Source: Acidimicrobiales bacterium (lineage in GTDB: Bacteria > Actinomycetota > Acidimicrobiia > Acidimicrobiales > Aldehydirespiratoraceae). From it: a stretch of 64,000 bases of DNA. The notes below the pieces were generated by a model that had not been told where the DNA came from, did not search any database, and saw nothing but the letters and a program-made list of their open reading frames with translations. Shown in pieces: positions 53,321-63,478 of the stretch; position 1 is the stretch's first letter; the number at the start of each line of letters is the position of its first letter. Location of the stretch: assembly GCA_033344915.1 (NCBI GenBank), contig JAWPML010000001.1, forward strand, positions 3,032,369 through 3,096,368, given 5' to 3'. A program made the position numbers and the translations under genes.

Positions 53321-54020
53321 CGCCGAACTCGGTGAACGCCTCGGCGCTCTGCGCGACGCGATCGAACCCGTCGATGTCCAACTCCGCATCGATCTGGCGC
53401 GTGATCGTCCGAATCGGGGGCGACCGATCGTGCAGGTCGCTGCCGCGGTGTTGCTCCTCGTCGTCGCCTCCGTGATCGTCATCGCCCCGGCCCGCACCGC
53501 CGTCGCCGACTGGCTCGGCATCGGCTCCACCTCGATCGACATCGAGGACGAGCTCCCCCCCGCCACGACCATCGACCCGCCGGCCACACCGAGCGACGAC
53601 GCCGCCCCCACGATCGAGGAAGCCGCCGCCGACGAGCTCGAATTGACCGTCCGGCTGCCGCGGCACCCCGATCTCGGCGATCCCGTCGGCTGGGAGATCC
53701 GAAGCATCGAGGGTGGGGTCCGTGAGCTCGTGGTCGACTGGTCCGGCCCGGCCGGCGACGTTCGGCTCACGGCGTGGTCGGCGACCGCCGATGTCGCCTT
53801 CCGCAAGATCGTCACCAGCGAACCGGTCTTCGACGAACGACTCGACACCGACGGCGACCCTGCTGTCTGGCTGAGCGGGCCCCACGTCCGGGACCTCGGC
53901 GACGATGCCGTGCTGGTCGACTCCACCCTGCTCTGGATCCGGGATGGGGTCGAGTACCGGCTCTCCGGCCCCGAGCTCACGCTCGAACGTGCGGTCGAGC
54001 TCGCGGCCACCCAGCCCTAG
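53313..54020 (+). CDS. Putative anti-sigma factor (single-pass membrane protein, DUF4367-like ectodomain)
   Basis: 8-nt overlap with the sigma gene. One TM helice (IVQVAAAVLLLVVASVIVIAP). C-terminal LLWIRDGVEYRLSGPELTLERAVELA resembles DUF4367-type anti-sigma ectodomains (from memory). No zinc-binding HxxxCxxC motif. Confidence 0.55.
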   Translation: MTDAELGERLGALRDAIEPVDVQLRIDLARDRPNRGRPIVQVAAAVLLLVVASVIVIAPARTAVADWLGIGSTSIDIEDELPPATTIDPPATPSDDAAPTIEEAAADELELTVRLPRHPDLGDPVGWEIRSIEGGVRELVVDWSGPAGDVRLTAWSATADVAFRKIVTSEPVFDERLDTDGDPAVWLSGPHVRDLGDDAVLVDSTLLWIRDGVEYRLSGPELTLERAVELAATQP

Positions 54021-54080
54021 ATCACCCAGGCTTCGGGCTCAGGTGTCCGACGCCGCCCGCGAGATTTCGTCTCACGTAAT

Positions 54081-54125
54081 GCGACATGCGACAAGCGGCG
54101 GGCCGGTGTGGTTGTCGCATGTCGC
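54081..54125. promoter_or_regulatory. Perfect 14-bp inverted repeat built from GCGACA hexamers (GCGACATGCGACAA - 17 nt - TTGTCGCATGTCGC)
   Basis: Read directly. It lies in a locally lower-GC spacer upstream of the small gene at 54194. Its role as operator or hairpin is inferred. Confidence 0.4.
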
Positions 54126-54193
54126 ACTACGTGGGACTGATGTACTCCGGCACCCGCAACTGCCCTGTCACACGGCCGTTCTACGGTCGGACC

Positions 54194-54529
54194 ATGAACT
54201 GGCGAACGAGGATGCCCTACCGACCCGAGGTCACCGGAATCCTGCTGCGCTACGCGCTGCTGGACGTGATGCACGGGGTGACCCAGCCCACGTCGGTGGA
54301 CGAGATCGTGCACGCGATCGAGCGACTCGGCGTGACGATTCCCGAACGCAAGGGCAAGTGGGTGTCGGACGCGCTGCGCACCGAACACAAGAAGGGCCGG
54401 ATCATCCGGGTCGGGCGCAACCGATACGTGGGCACCGAGATCCCGCGGTCCACCCGCTATCGGGCCAAGCGGGCGATTCGCGACCACCGAGCCCGGGTGG
54501 AGGGAACCTTCTGGGAGAACGTCGGGTAG
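54194..54529 (+). CDS. Small basic protein, possibly a winged-helix DNA-binding protein (111 aa)
   Basis: Trimmed from ORF 54086..54529; the start is uncertain. SVDEIVHAIERLGVTIPERKGKWVSDALRTEHKKGRIIRVGRNRY looks like a helix-turn-helix plus wing. No family recognised. Confidence 0.4.
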   Translation: MNWRTRMPYRPEVTGILLRYALLDVMHGVTQPTSVDEIVHAIERLGVTIPERKGKWVSDALRTEHKKGRIIRVGRNRYVGTEIPRSTRYRAKRAIRDHRARVEGTFWENVG

Positions 54530-54548
54530 GAGGCCCGGAGGTTCTCAC

Positions 54549-55349
54549 ATGTCCACGACCGCACCGACTCGTCGCCGATTCCTGACCGCCGCCGTCGCCC
54601 TGCCCGTGGTGGGCGCGGCGGGCGCGGCACCGTTCGTCCTCGATCGGCTCAGGGAACCGGGCATCGAGACGAATCGCACCCAGGAGCTGCGGATCACCTC
54701 GAACAACGGCCGCTACGAGGCCTGGGCCGATCCCCTCCCGGAGGGCGCGACGATCTACGCACCCGGGCCCCGCAGCCAGTCGACCATCACGGTGCGGGAC
54801 AGACTGACCGGAGCGGACCGCACCCTGACGCTCCAGCGGAATCTCGAGCCGGAGGCGTTCTCTCCCGACGGCTCGACCCTTTTCGCGATCGACCATCGTC
54901 CGGCACTGGCACCGGAGATCTACCAGGTGAGCACCATCGACGTCGCGGCGGGTGCCGTCACCGACACACTGGGCCCGCGCAAGCTCGAACTGATCGAGGA
55001 GATGCGGGGCGAGGGCCGTCAACAGGTGTGGTCACCCGCGGGCGACCAGCTCTACACGCTCTACATCCGCCAATGGCACGATCACGCCCGTCACTCCGAT
55101 GACACGCACGACGAGATCCACTTCACGGACGCGTTCGTGCATGTCCTGGACGTCGCGAACGACTGGGCCCTGTGCGTCGAACTGCCCGACGGAATCGGCC
55201 TCGGGCCGGCCGGGTCGACGGCGATCATCATCGACGAGACCGGCACGACGATCACGGTGGTCGATGATGCGCTCGGTGCCCGGGTCGACGTCACCCGCCT
55301 CGAGGACGAGGGTGCCTTCGCGGTGGGCGGTCTCACCCGGTTCGGCTGA
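54549..55349 (+). CDS. Tat-signal secreted protein of unknown function
   Basis: AGGAGG-like RBS. Twin-arginine signal MSTTAPTRRRFLTAAVALPVVGAAGA. The mature part is beta-rich (PDGSTLFAIDH..., SPAGDQLYTLY...). Confidence 0.6.
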   Translation: MSTTAPTRRRFLTAAVALPVVGAAGAAPFVLDRLREPGIETNRTQELRITSNNGRYEAWADPLPEGATIYAPGPRSQSTITVRDRLTGADRTLTLQRNLEPEAFSPDGSTLFAIDHRPALAPEIYQVSTIDVAAGAVTDTLGPRKLELIEEMRGEGRQQVWSPAGDQLYTLYIRQWHDHARHSDDTHDEIHFTDAFVHVLDVANDWALCVELPDGIGLGPAGSTAIIIDETGTTITVVDDALGARVDVTRLEDEGAFAVGGLTRFG

Positions 55350-56268
55350 TCGACCGCACGAGCCACTCGGCGCCCGGCTTGGCCGGGAGCCCACCCGGCG
55401 CGCCGCAGGCGATGGTCGGCACGGCCCGGCCCGGCTCGACCTCGACACCCCATGACCCGGACGGGGCCGCGACCACCGCGGACCCGTCGACGACCGCAAC
55501 CGTGCGGCGCTGCTCGTCGAAACCCCAGTCGTCCGCCTCGGCGAAGGCCGCCCGCTCGGCCATCTGGGCGACGCCCGGCGCCGCCCCGATCCACCCGCGA
55601 CAGCGATGGGCGAGCGAACTCGGTGGGGCCGAGTGATGGAGGATCGCCATCATCTCGTCGGCGCTGACCATGCCCCACATCCGACCGTCGGGCAGGGTCA
55701 GGCCGGTGGGGGCCATCCGGTGGCCGCCGGTGTGGGAGACCCGCCGAACCGACGTCCAGCCCCGATCGGCGAGCTGGGCGCACAGCGCGGCCCCCCGGGA
55801 ACCGCAGCACACGTCGTGGCTTCCCTGGGTGCACAGGAGGAGCTCCCGCTGCGGGGTGCGGTCGACGACGGACGCGGGCTCGGCATCGGGACCGTCGACC
55901 AGCAGCGCCGTGAGGAGGTCGCCGACCCGATCGGGCGCCACGTGATGCTCGGCGCGGGCCAACGACGCGCCGTCGACCAGTCGGTGGACGACGACCCGCC
56001 CGATACCGTCGGCGAGCGGCACGGCGGCCAGCACCCGTACCCGCCGTCCGGCGGTCTCCGCATCGAGAACCAGCTCGGGCACGGCGGTGAAGCCGTCCTT
56101 CGCCCAGACCGGCTTCGGCCAGGGCAGCGGCACGTCGACGACGATCAGCTCGTCGACCCAGAGCGCCGAACCGCCCGGATCGAGCTCGAGCCGCTCGGCA
56201 TGGGCCGCGCAGCGTTCCGAGACGTCGGCGGGCGGGAGGAGGGAAGCGTCATAGGTCATGGGAGTCAT
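55333..56268 (-). CDS. Sucrase/ferredoxin-like (thioredoxin-like [2Fe-2S]) family protein
   Basis: LLLCTQGSHDVCCGSRGAAL...VSHTGGHRMAP matches the Suc_Fer-like family signature as I remember it. ATGA overlap with the helD stop. Confidence 0.6.
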   Translation of the reverse strand: MTPMTYDASLLPPADVSERCAAHAERLELDPGGSALWVDELIVVDVPLPWPKPVWAKDGFTAVPELVLDAETAGRRVRVLAAVPLADGIGRVVVHRLVDGASLARAEHHVAPDRVGDLLTALLVDGPDAEPASVVDRTPQRELLLCTQGSHDVCCGSRGAALCAQLADRGWTSVRRVSHTGGHRMAPTGLTLPDGRMWGMVSADEMMAILHHSAPPSSLAHRCRGWIGAAPGVAQMAERAAFAEADDWGFDEQRRTVAVVDGSAVVAAPSGSWGVEVEPGRAVPTIACGAPGGLPAKPGAEWLVRSISRTG

Positions 56269-58346
56269 GCGTCAGCCAGAATCGCAGGCAACGGCTCTCG
56301 ATGCACCACCGCGATCCGTTTCGTCGCCCGCGTCAACGCGACATACAGCGAACGGATGCCCTGACGCTCCTCGGCAACGATGCGGGCCGGCTCCACGATC
56401 ACTGCAGCATCGACCTCGAGTCCCTTGACCAGACGAACGGGGACCACGGTGACCTGCTGATCGAGCCCGTGGCGGGTCGGCCCGCCCACGGGCATCTCGT
56501 GGGCCTCGAATGCGGCGTGGACCTCGTCGACCAACGAGTCCGGCACCACCACCGCCACGTTGCCCTCCGACACCGCACCCAGCTCGGCCCGAACGACCTC
56601 GACCAGATCGTCGCGTAGGTCGCGCGCGGCAACGATCCGCGGCGGGTCGCCGTCCTCGCGCACCGGTTGGGGTGGACGCAGGCCGGGGGCGGCGACCGGC
56701 AACACCCGGTTGGCGAGCTGCATCGCCGGGCCCGGGATGCGATAGCCGATCGTGAGCTCGCGGGTGCGGGGCGGGCGCTTCTCGGGCAGGGCCGCCACGA
56801 TCGCGTCCCAACCCTCGTTGGCCCACGCGCCGGTCGCCTGGGCGATGTCGCCGACGACGGTCATCGAGCCGTTGAGTGATCGACGGGCGACCATGCGCAG
56901 GTCCATCGGCGAAAGGTCCTGGGCCTCGTCGATGCAGATGTGGCCATAGGTGCGCACCGCGTCCTGGTCGCGCTTGCCGGGCCGGTAGCCGAGCAGGGCC
57001 CGCGCCTCGTCGAGCAGCGGCACGTCCGGGAACCGCCAGATGACGTCGTCGGCGTGGCCCGATCGGGGACGGTGCAGACGCTGGATCTCCTCATCGGTGA
57101 ACCGGCCCCGGTTGGCGGAGCGCAGCAACGCCCGGGAACCGTACAGATCGTGCAGCAGGTGGGCGGGCGACAGCACGGGCCACATCGCGTCGAGCGCCTC
57201 CCGCACGGGGATCTCGTGGCGGATTCGCTCGCGCACCGTGGCGGCGTCCACATGGCGCCGGGCGCTCGCGGCCAGCCGCTCGAAGAACAGCTCCTCGACG
57301 ACCTTGCGCCCGGAGTTGTGTCCCCGGCTGCGCCGCCGGGCCTCCTTGATGATGCCGACCGTCTGCTCGGCGGAGATCCGGAGGTTCTGGACGCCGAAGC
57401 CGATCTGGAAGTCGTCCCGCAAGGGCCGTTCGCGATCGTGGACCGCCTGGCTGAGCACCTTGACCATGCGGGCATCGCCCTTGACCCGAGCCGTCGGCTC
57501 GCCGTCGAGCTTGTCGACGCGGACCTTCGGCCGCAGCAGGTCCGCGAGCACGGCGATGTCGACCCCGGCCTCGCCGAGCGAGGGCAGCACCTGCTCGATG
57601 TAGGCGACGAAGAGGCGGTTGGGGCCGACGACGAGCACGCCCTGGCCCTCCAACGGGAACCGATGGGTGTAGAGGAGGTAGGCCGCCCGGTGCAGCGCCA
57701 CCACCGTCTTGCCCGTTCCCGGACCGCCCTGCACGACGAGGACCCCGGGCATGTCGGCGCGGATAATCTCGTCCTGCTCTGCCTGGATCGTGGCGACGAT
57801 GTCACCCAACCGGCCGGTGCGGGACGCCTCGATGGCCGCGATCAGCGCGCCCTGGCCCCGGGTGCTGAGTTCCTCCGCGTCGACGTCACGCAGATCGCCG
57901 AACAGTTCGTCGTCGAGTCCGAGCAGGGTCCGCCCCCGGGTGGCGAAGTGGCGTCGACGCTCGAGGCCCATGGGCTCACGGCCCGTGGCCCGGTAGAACG
58001 GCTCGGCGACCGGCGCCCGCCAATCGACGACGACCGGATCCTGGGCCCGGTCCCACACGCCGAGGCGCCCGATGTAGAACCGCTCGTCGGTCTCCTCGGC
58101 GTGCTCCGGGTCGAAATCGATGCGGCCGAAGACGAGCGACCGATCACCGAGGTTCAGCTGTGCCAGGCGGTTGACCGCGCCCTCGATCATCGACTCCCGC
58201 TCGAAGCGGTGCTGGGTCGTACCGCCCTGCTGGGGATCGTGTGTTTCCGTGGCGCTGGTCGCGCGCTCGCGAGCGACCTCGAGGCACGCGTACGCGAAGT
58301 CGAGATACGCCTGCTCGGCGTCGAGTTCGGGATGACGGTCGGACAC
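56265..58346 (-). CDS. helD: HelD-type (helicase IV-like) UvrD-family ATPase
   Basis: Trimmed from ORF 56265..59354 to the GTG at 58346. FGRIDF...RFYIGRLGV...VVDWRAPVAEPFYRAT, Walker A VVQGGPGTGKTVVALHRAAYLL, ICIDEAQDLSP. Confidence 0.8.
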   Translation of the reverse strand: MSDRHPELDAEQAYLDFAYACLEVARERATSATETHDPQQGGTTQHRFERESMIEGAVNRLAQLNLGDRSLVFGRIDFDPEHAEETDERFYIGRLGVWDRAQDPVVVDWRAPVAEPFYRATGREPMGLERRRHFATRGRTLLGLDDELFGDLRDVDAEELSTRGQGALIAAIEASRTGRLGDIVATIQAEQDEIIRADMPGVLVVQGGPGTGKTVVALHRAAYLLYTHRFPLEGQGVLVVGPNRLFVAYIEQVLPSLGEAGVDIAVLADLLRPKVRVDKLDGEPTARVKGDARMVKVLSQAVHDRERPLRDDFQIGFGVQNLRISAEQTVGIIKEARRRSRGHNSGRKVVEELFFERLAASARRHVDAATVRERIRHEIPVREALDAMWPVLSPAHLLHDLYGSRALLRSANRGRFTDEEIQRLHRPRSGHADDVIWRFPDVPLLDEARALLGYRPGKRDQDAVRTYGHICIDEAQDLSPMDLRMVARRSLNGSMTVVGDIAQATGAWANEGWDAIVAALPEKRPPRTRELTIGYRIPGPAMQLANRVLPVAAPGLRPPQPVREDGDPPRIVAARDLRDDLVEVVRAELGAVSEGNVAVVVPDSLVDEVHAAFEAHEMPVGGPTRHGLDQQVTVVPVRLVKGLEVDAAVIVEPARIVAEERQGIRSLYVALTRATKRIAVVHREPLPAILADA

Positions 58347-58433
58347 GATGGGCGGTGTTCTCCCGGGGGGTGGGGAAACCGTCCAGTGTAGCGGTGCCCG
58401 AATGGCGCCCGGCGGCCGTACCATCTCGACCAG

Positions 58434-59381
58434 ATGTTCTCGATCGGACTCGTTCTCAGTGCCGGCGGGCCGCTCGGCGATCCCTGGCATTCCGGCGTCG
58501 TCGGCCGCCTCCAGGAGGTCACCGGGTGGGATGCACGCGACGCCGATCTCGTGGTCGGCACCTCCGCCGGATCGATCACCGCCACCGCCCTGCGGGCCGG
58601 CGTCGCGCCGGTCGACCGGAAGCTCCACTTCAGCGGCGGCCCCATCTCGGCGGACGCGCAGGCGATCTACGACCGGATCACGACGCCCTACACCGAGCCG
58701 GTCGTCGACCGGGTCTGGCGCCCGAGCTCCCCGAAGATGGTGCTCACGGCAGCATGGCCACCGTGGAAGATCGATCCGTTGCGCGTCGCGGTGGCGAAGC
58801 TCCCCCGCGGCACGAAGTCGGGTGAGCCACTCGAGCAACGGATGAACCAGCTGCTTCCCGCCCCGTGGCCGGACCGGCCCACATGGATCGTCGCCGTGCG
58901 GCTCTCCGACGGTCGCCGGATCGTGTTCGGCCGCGATGACGTGCGGGGCACCATCGGCCAGGCCGTCCGCTCGTCCGCCGCGGTTCCCGGCGTCTACACG
59001 CCCGGTCGGGTCGGCGAACGCGAGTACGTCGACGGCGGCGTGCACTCGTCCACGAACGCCGACCTGGCTGCCACGCTCGGCTTCGACCTCGTGATCGTCA
59101 GCTCCGCGATGACGGCGAGTGAGGGCAGCCGCAGCTGGATCACGGACCCGACGCGCGCCTATTTCTCGGGCAAGCTCGACGACGAGGTCGCCGAGATCCG
59201 CCGTCGGGGCACCCCCGTAGCCCTCGTCCAGCCCGACGCCGACCTGCTCCCCGCGCTCGACAAGACCGCGGACGACGCACGGGTGCACGCCACGAACGCG
59301 GGCGCGGCGGCCGTCGACGCCTTGCTCGCCGGGCCCGACGGGTCCGGCCTCCACGAGCTGATCGCCCGCGGCGCGGCCTAG
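58434..59381 (+). CDS. Patatin-like phospholipase
   Basis: LSAGGPLG oxyanion region, GTSAGS nucleophile elbow, YVDGGV catalytic Asp motif. Confidence 0.8.
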   Translation: MFSIGLVLSAGGPLGDPWHSGVVGRLQEVTGWDARDADLVVGTSAGSITATALRAGVAPVDRKLHFSGGPISADAQAIYDRITTPYTEPVVDRVWRPSSPKMVLTAAWPPWKIDPLRVAVAKLPRGTKSGEPLEQRMNQLLPAPWPDRPTWIVAVRLSDGRRIVFGRDDVRGTIGQAVRSSAAVPGVYTPGRVGEREYVDGGVHSSTNADLAATLGFDLVIVSSAMTASEGSRSWITDPTRAYFSGKLDDEVAEIRRRGTPVALVQPDADLLPALDKTADDARVHATNAGAAAVDALLAGPDGSGLHELIARGAA

Positions 59382-60166
59382 CAGCCACTGCCCGAGCCGC
59401 TCGGAATGTCCGGGATGCTCGGGTCCACGACCTCGATGTGGACGTGCGGGTTCGAGGGCTCGGCCGTGAACCGGTCCACCTGTGAGACGAACGGCAGGCG
59501 CCGCGAGTTGGGGGAGATCGGCGTGACGCCTGCCTCCACACGGTCACCGACCTCCACGTAGATCGTCTCCATGTGGAAGACCTTGACCTCCCAGCCGGGG
59601 GCGTCGTCAGGTTCGATCACGACGAAATGATCTTCGTGGTCGCAGTACAGGACGTAGCCGCCGGCCCGGATCACCGTGCCGGTCACGGGAGAACGGATCT
59701 CCGCCGTCGGGTCGACGACCACATCGGCGGCTCCGGTGAGCGCCGTGTTGCGGCCGCGGTCGTCGAGCACGGTCGACGGCGCGGCATGGTCCACGATGTC
59801 CTGGCCCTGCGACCCGTCGTGGCCGGACTGGTGGAAACCGATGTGTTCGACCCTCGCCGCCGGGTGGGTGAGGGTGATCGCGCCGACGGTCGTCATCGGG
59901 GTGTAGTCCTGCACGTGGTACACGGCGGGCGGCGTGGTCGCGTCCGGGGCGGCCACGGTCGTCGGGGTGGGCACGGTCGTCGTGACGGTCGTGGTCGGTG
60001 TCGTCGCGATCGTGGTCGTCGTCGTCGTCGGAGCCAGGGTCGTCGTCGGAGCCAGGGTCGTCGTGGACGGGGCGAGCGGTTCGACGACGACGTCACCGTT
60101 GCCGCAGGCCGCCGCGCCGAGGGCGGCGACCAGGAGCATCGCCAGGGGGCGGGCGGGCGTCGACAT
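59378..60166 (-). CDS. Lipoprotein with a Thr/Pro-rich linker and an M23/LytM-like peptidase domain
   Basis: Trimmed to the ATG at 60166 ([21 protein letters not shown]). [14 protein letters not shown]...[24 protein letters not shown]...PHVHIEV resembles the M23 beta-fold and its HxH motif. The upstream HxxxD motif is not clear. Confidence 0.5.
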   Translation of the reverse strand: MSTPARPLAMLLVAALGAAACGNGDVVVEPLAPSTTTLAPTTTLAPTTTTTTIATTPTTTVTTTVPTPTTVAAPDATTPPAVYHVQDYTPMTTVGAITLTHPAARVEHIGFHQSGHDGSQGQDIVDHAAPSTVLDDRGRNTALTGAADVVVDPTAEIRSPVTGTVIRAGGYVLYCDHEDHFVVIEPDDAPGWEVKVFHMETIYVEVGDRVEAGVTPISPNSRRLPFVSQVDRFTAEPSNPHVHIEVVDPSIPDIPSGSGSGC

Positions 60167-60230
60167 CGGCACGACGATAGTGGTGGGCCCACTGCCGCTC
60201 GGCGCGCCCGCCATCGGTAGCCTCGGCTCC

Positions 60231-61271
60231 ATGAGCGGCCGCTTCGACGATCATCCCTTCATCCGCGCGTGCCGCGGCCTGCCCCACGACCGGGTTCCGG
60301 TGTGGTTCATGCGCCAGGCGGGCCGATCGCTGCCCGAGTACCGGGCGATCCGGGGCGAGGGCACGATCCTCGATGCGATCGCCGATCCGGACCTGTCGAC
60401 CGAGATCACCCTGCAACCCGTGCGCCGCTACGGCGTCGACGCGGCCATCCTCTACTCGGACATCGTGGTGCCGGCCCATGCCGTGGGGTTCGGCGTGACG
60501 GTCACACCGGGTGTCGGCCCGGAGGTCGAGCACCCGTTCCGCCGAGCCGATGATCTCGACCGGCTCCGACCGCTCGACCCCGAGGCGGACACGCCCTACG
60601 TGCTGGAGACCGTCCGCCAGCTGGTCGCCGAGCTCGACGTGCCCCTGATCGGCTTCGCCGGGGCGCCGTTCACCGTGGGTTCGTACCTGATCGAGGGTCG
60701 GCCGTCGCGGGACTATGTCAACACCAAGGGCCTGATGTTCACCGACGAACCGCTCTGGCACGCGTTCATGGACCGCCTCGCGGACATGGCCATCGCCTCG
60801 CTGCGGTCCCAGATCGACGCGGGTGCGTCGGCGATCCAGCTGTTCGACTCCTGGGCGGGCGCCCTGAGTCCGCCCCAGTACGAGCGCTACGTGCTCCCCC
60901 ACTCGTCGAAGGTGCTCGCCGGCGTCGCCGACACGGGCGTTCCCCGCATCCACTTCGGGGTGACCACCGGCGAGCTGCTCGAGCTGATCCGCGATGCCGG
61001 CGCCGATGTGGTCGGCGTCGACTGGCGTGTGCCCCTCGACCGGGCGCGGGCCCGTCTCGGCGACATCCCCCTCCAGGGCAACCTCGACCCCACCATGGTC
61101 CTCGCCGGGCTCGGCCCCGCGGTGGAGGGCACGCGTGACGTGCTCGTCCGCAACGACGGCCACCCCGGACATGTCTTCAACCTGGGCCACGGCGTCACCC
61201 CGGACTGTGATCCCGAGGTGCTCGAAGAGGTCGTCCGCGTCGTCCACGCCGAGGGTCGCGTCGACTCGTGA
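60231..61271 (+). CDS. hemE: Uroporphyrinogen decarboxylase
   Basis: Trimmed to the ATG at 60231. [32 protein letters not shown], and GHVFNLGHG are typical HemE motifs. Confidence 0.9.
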   Translation: MSGRFDDHPFIRACRGLPHDRVPVWFMRQAGRSLPEYRAIRGEGTILDAIADPDLSTEITLQPVRRYGVDAAILYSDIVVPAHAVGFGVTVTPGVGPEVEHPFRRADDLDRLRPLDPEADTPYVLETVRQLVAELDVPLIGFAGAPFTVGSYLIEGRPSRDYVNTKGLMFTDEPLWHAFMDRLADMAIASLRSQIDAGASAIQLFDSWAGALSPPQYERYVLPHSSKVLAGVADTGVPRIHFGVTTGELLELIRDAGADVVGVDWRVPLDRARARLGDIPLQGNLDPTMVLAGLGPAVEGTRDVLVRNDGHPGHVFNLGHGVTPDCDPEVLEEVVRVVHAEGRVDS

Positions 61272-62608
61272 GCGGCCGCACGGTCATCGTCGGTGGTGGG
61301 ATCACCGGCCTCGCCGCGGCACACGAACTCCACACCCAGGGCCGCGAGTTCGTGGTCCTCGAGGCCGACACCCGCGTGGGCGGGAAGGTCGCGGCCGGCC
61401 CGATGGACGGTGTGGCGTTCGATGTCGACACGGCGGCCGACGGGTTCCTCGCCCGCGAGCCCGAGATGACCGACCTCTGCATCGAGCTCGGGCTCGAATC
61501 CTCGCTCACGTCACCCCGGCCCGGCGGGGCCTACCTCTGGGTCGACGGCGCCCTCCGGCGCATCCCACCGGGGGTGTTGGGCGCACCGCTCGACCCGGAC
61601 GCGGTCGCGGCAGCCGGCATCGTGAGCGACGACGGCGTCGCCGCGTTGCGGACGGCGCTCGCGGCGGACCTGCCGCCGCTGGAGGGCGACGCCTCGGTGG
61701 GCGAGGTGCTCCGGCCCCGCGTCGGCGACGAGGTCTTCGAACGCATGGTCGACCCGTTGCTCGGCGGGATCAACGCCGGCAACGCGGACGACATGTCGAT
61801 CCGCTCGGGGGCGGCCGCACTCGCGAACGCGGCGGCGAGGGGCGGGCCGTTCATCGAGGCGCTCCGGGCCCACGTCGCGGCGGCCACACCCGGCCCCGTG
61901 TTCCACGCGATCGAGGGGGGAAGTCAGCGGATCATCGACGCCCTCGGCGAGGAGCTCGGCGACCGGGTCCACCCCGGCGAAGCCGTGTTCGACCTCGAGC
62001 GCACCGGCGACGGATGGGTCGTCCGCACCGACGCCGCCGCCCACGACGCGGACCGCGTGATACTCACGACCCCCGGCTGGGTGTCCGCCGGCCTCCTCGC
62101 CCCCCATGCGCCCGAAGCGGCGGCGGTGCTGGCCGGGCTGACGTACGGCGACGCGGTGCTCGTCACCTTCGTCGCCCGGCGCGACCAGATCGCCCATGAG
62201 CTCGACGGGGCCGGTTTCCTCGTGCCGCGCGACCAGGGACTGCTCATGACGGCCACATCCGTCGCGTCGCACAAGTGGGCGCACTACGACGACGGCGAGC
62301 ATGTCGTGCTGCGGGTGTCCGCCGGCCGGACCGACGATCGACGCTGGACCGCCATGGCGATCGACGACGTGGTCGCGCAGCTCCGATCCGAACTGGAGAC
62401 GACGATCGGCCTCACGGGCGACGTGACCCATCGCGTGAGCGAGTGGCGCCGCTGCCTTCCCCAGTACCGGCCGGGGCACCTCGACCGATGCGACGGGATC
62501 GACGAGTGGCTCGCCCGCGACGCCCCGGGCGTCACCGTCGCCGGCGCGAGCATGCGCGGTCTCGGCCTGCCCGCCTGTGTCCGCCAGGGGCGCGCCGCGG
62601 CGGGCTGA
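61268..62608 (+). CDS. hemY: Protoporphyrinogen/coproporphyrinogen III oxidase (HemY/CgoX, FAD-dependent)
   Basis: GTGA overlap with hem[17 protein letters not shown]...[13 protein letters not shown] dinucleotide fold. Length and position after hemE also fit. Confidence 0.85.
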   Translation: MSGRTVIVGGGITGLAAAHELHTQGREFVVLEADTRVGGKVAAGPMDGVAFDVDTAADGFLAREPEMTDLCIELGLESSLTSPRPGGAYLWVDGALRRIPPGVLGAPLDPDAVAAAGIVSDDGVAALRTALAADLPPLEGDASVGEVLRPRVGDEVFERMVDPLLGGINAGNADDMSIRSGAAALANAAARGGPFIEALRAHVAAATPGPVFHAIEGGSQRIIDALGEELGDRVHPGEAVFDLERTGDGWVVRTDAAAHDADRVILTTPGWVSAGLLAPHAPEAAAVLAGLTYGDAVLVTFVARRDQIAHELDGAGFLVPRDQGLLMTATSVASHKWAHYDDGEHVVLRVSAGRTDDRRWTAMAIDDVVAQLRSELETTIGLTGDVTHRVSEWRRCLPQYRPGHLDRCDGIDEWLARDAPGVTVAGASMRGLGLPACVRQGRAAAG

Positions 62609-62665
62609 TCCGGCAACTAGCGAGTAGCCCTCGCAAGCTTTCCACGACTGTCCTACGGTGGGCCG

Positions 62666-63472
62666 ATGACCGAGGAGAGGCCCCGTCCGAAAAAGCGGCG
62701 ACCCCGCGCCGAACTCAAGGAGCTCATGCTCCAGGGCGGCGTGGAGGTGCTCGCGGCGCACGGCATCGAGATGCAGATCTCCTCGGTCAGCTACGCCAGG
62801 GTGTTCGAACACCTCGAGGACACCAGAGGGGTGCGGATCACCTACGGCTCCGTCCACGAACGCATCTGGGACAGCCTCCAGGAGTATCAACTCGCGGTGA
62901 TCGAACGCGCCGGCCTCTGGGACTCGTCGACCAGTCGTGCACGGCCGCGCGCCGCAGTGCAGGAGGCGATCGACGCCGCCGAGACGGCAGCCCCCGCCGA
63001 CCGGCCCCACGCCGCCCGGGAGGTCTGGCGCCGGTTCGCCAACGACGCCGTCGACGCCGGCCGCCAGAACGACGACTGGGGCCGGTATCTCAAGACCGTC
63101 GTCACGATGAGCACCCAGCCCCGGGGCACCCTGGCGCGCGACGCCGCGGTCGAAGGCGCCCGGAAGTCCTACGCCGACCTCGAGGCGCGGGCACGCGAGC
63201 GTCTCTCTGCCGGGCTCGCGCTCGGCTCGGGCACCGGCGGCGCTGCGTTTCCGGCCGACGCCGACCTTGCGGCGATCCTCGCCCGCGTGTCGATCGCGGT
63301 CGCCGAGGGGCTCGATCTGCGCAGGACGTTGACCGAGGACGACGAGCCCACCCTCCTCCTGCGCACGGGTCCGAACGGTGAACTCCAGGAGTGGAACCAC
63401 TATGGCGTCGCCATGTGGGCGATCGTGCACGCCTGCACCGAGGCCCGATCCGGCGACGGTCGGCCGTCGTGA
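62666..63472 (+). CDS. Hypothetical protein, weakly TetR-like at the N-terminus
   Basis: 268 aa. The N-terminal LKELMLQGGVEVLAAHG...VSYARVF...ITYGSVHERIWDS is loosely reminiscent of a TetR HTH with an insertion. Function not supported beyond this. Confidence 0.35.
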   Translation: MTEERPRPKKRRPRAELKELMLQGGVEVLAAHGIEMQISSVSYARVFEHLEDTRGVRITYGSVHERIWDSLQEYQLAVIERAGLWDSSTSRARPRAAVQEAIDAAETAAPADRPHAAREVWRRFANDAVDAGRQNDDWGRYLKTVVTMSTQPRGTLARDAAVEGARKSYADLEARARERLSAGLALGSGTGGAAFPADADLAAILARVSIAVAEGLDLRRTLTEDDEPTLLLRTGPNGELQEWNHYGVAMWAIVHACTEARSGDGRPS

Positions 63473-63478
63473 GGCCAT

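Noticed and set aside
62620-62634. Hairpin GCGAGtagccCTCGC followed by AAGCTTTCC after hemY
   Set aside because: The 5-bp stem and poor U-tract make it only a marginal terminator candidate. It is not reported as a feature.
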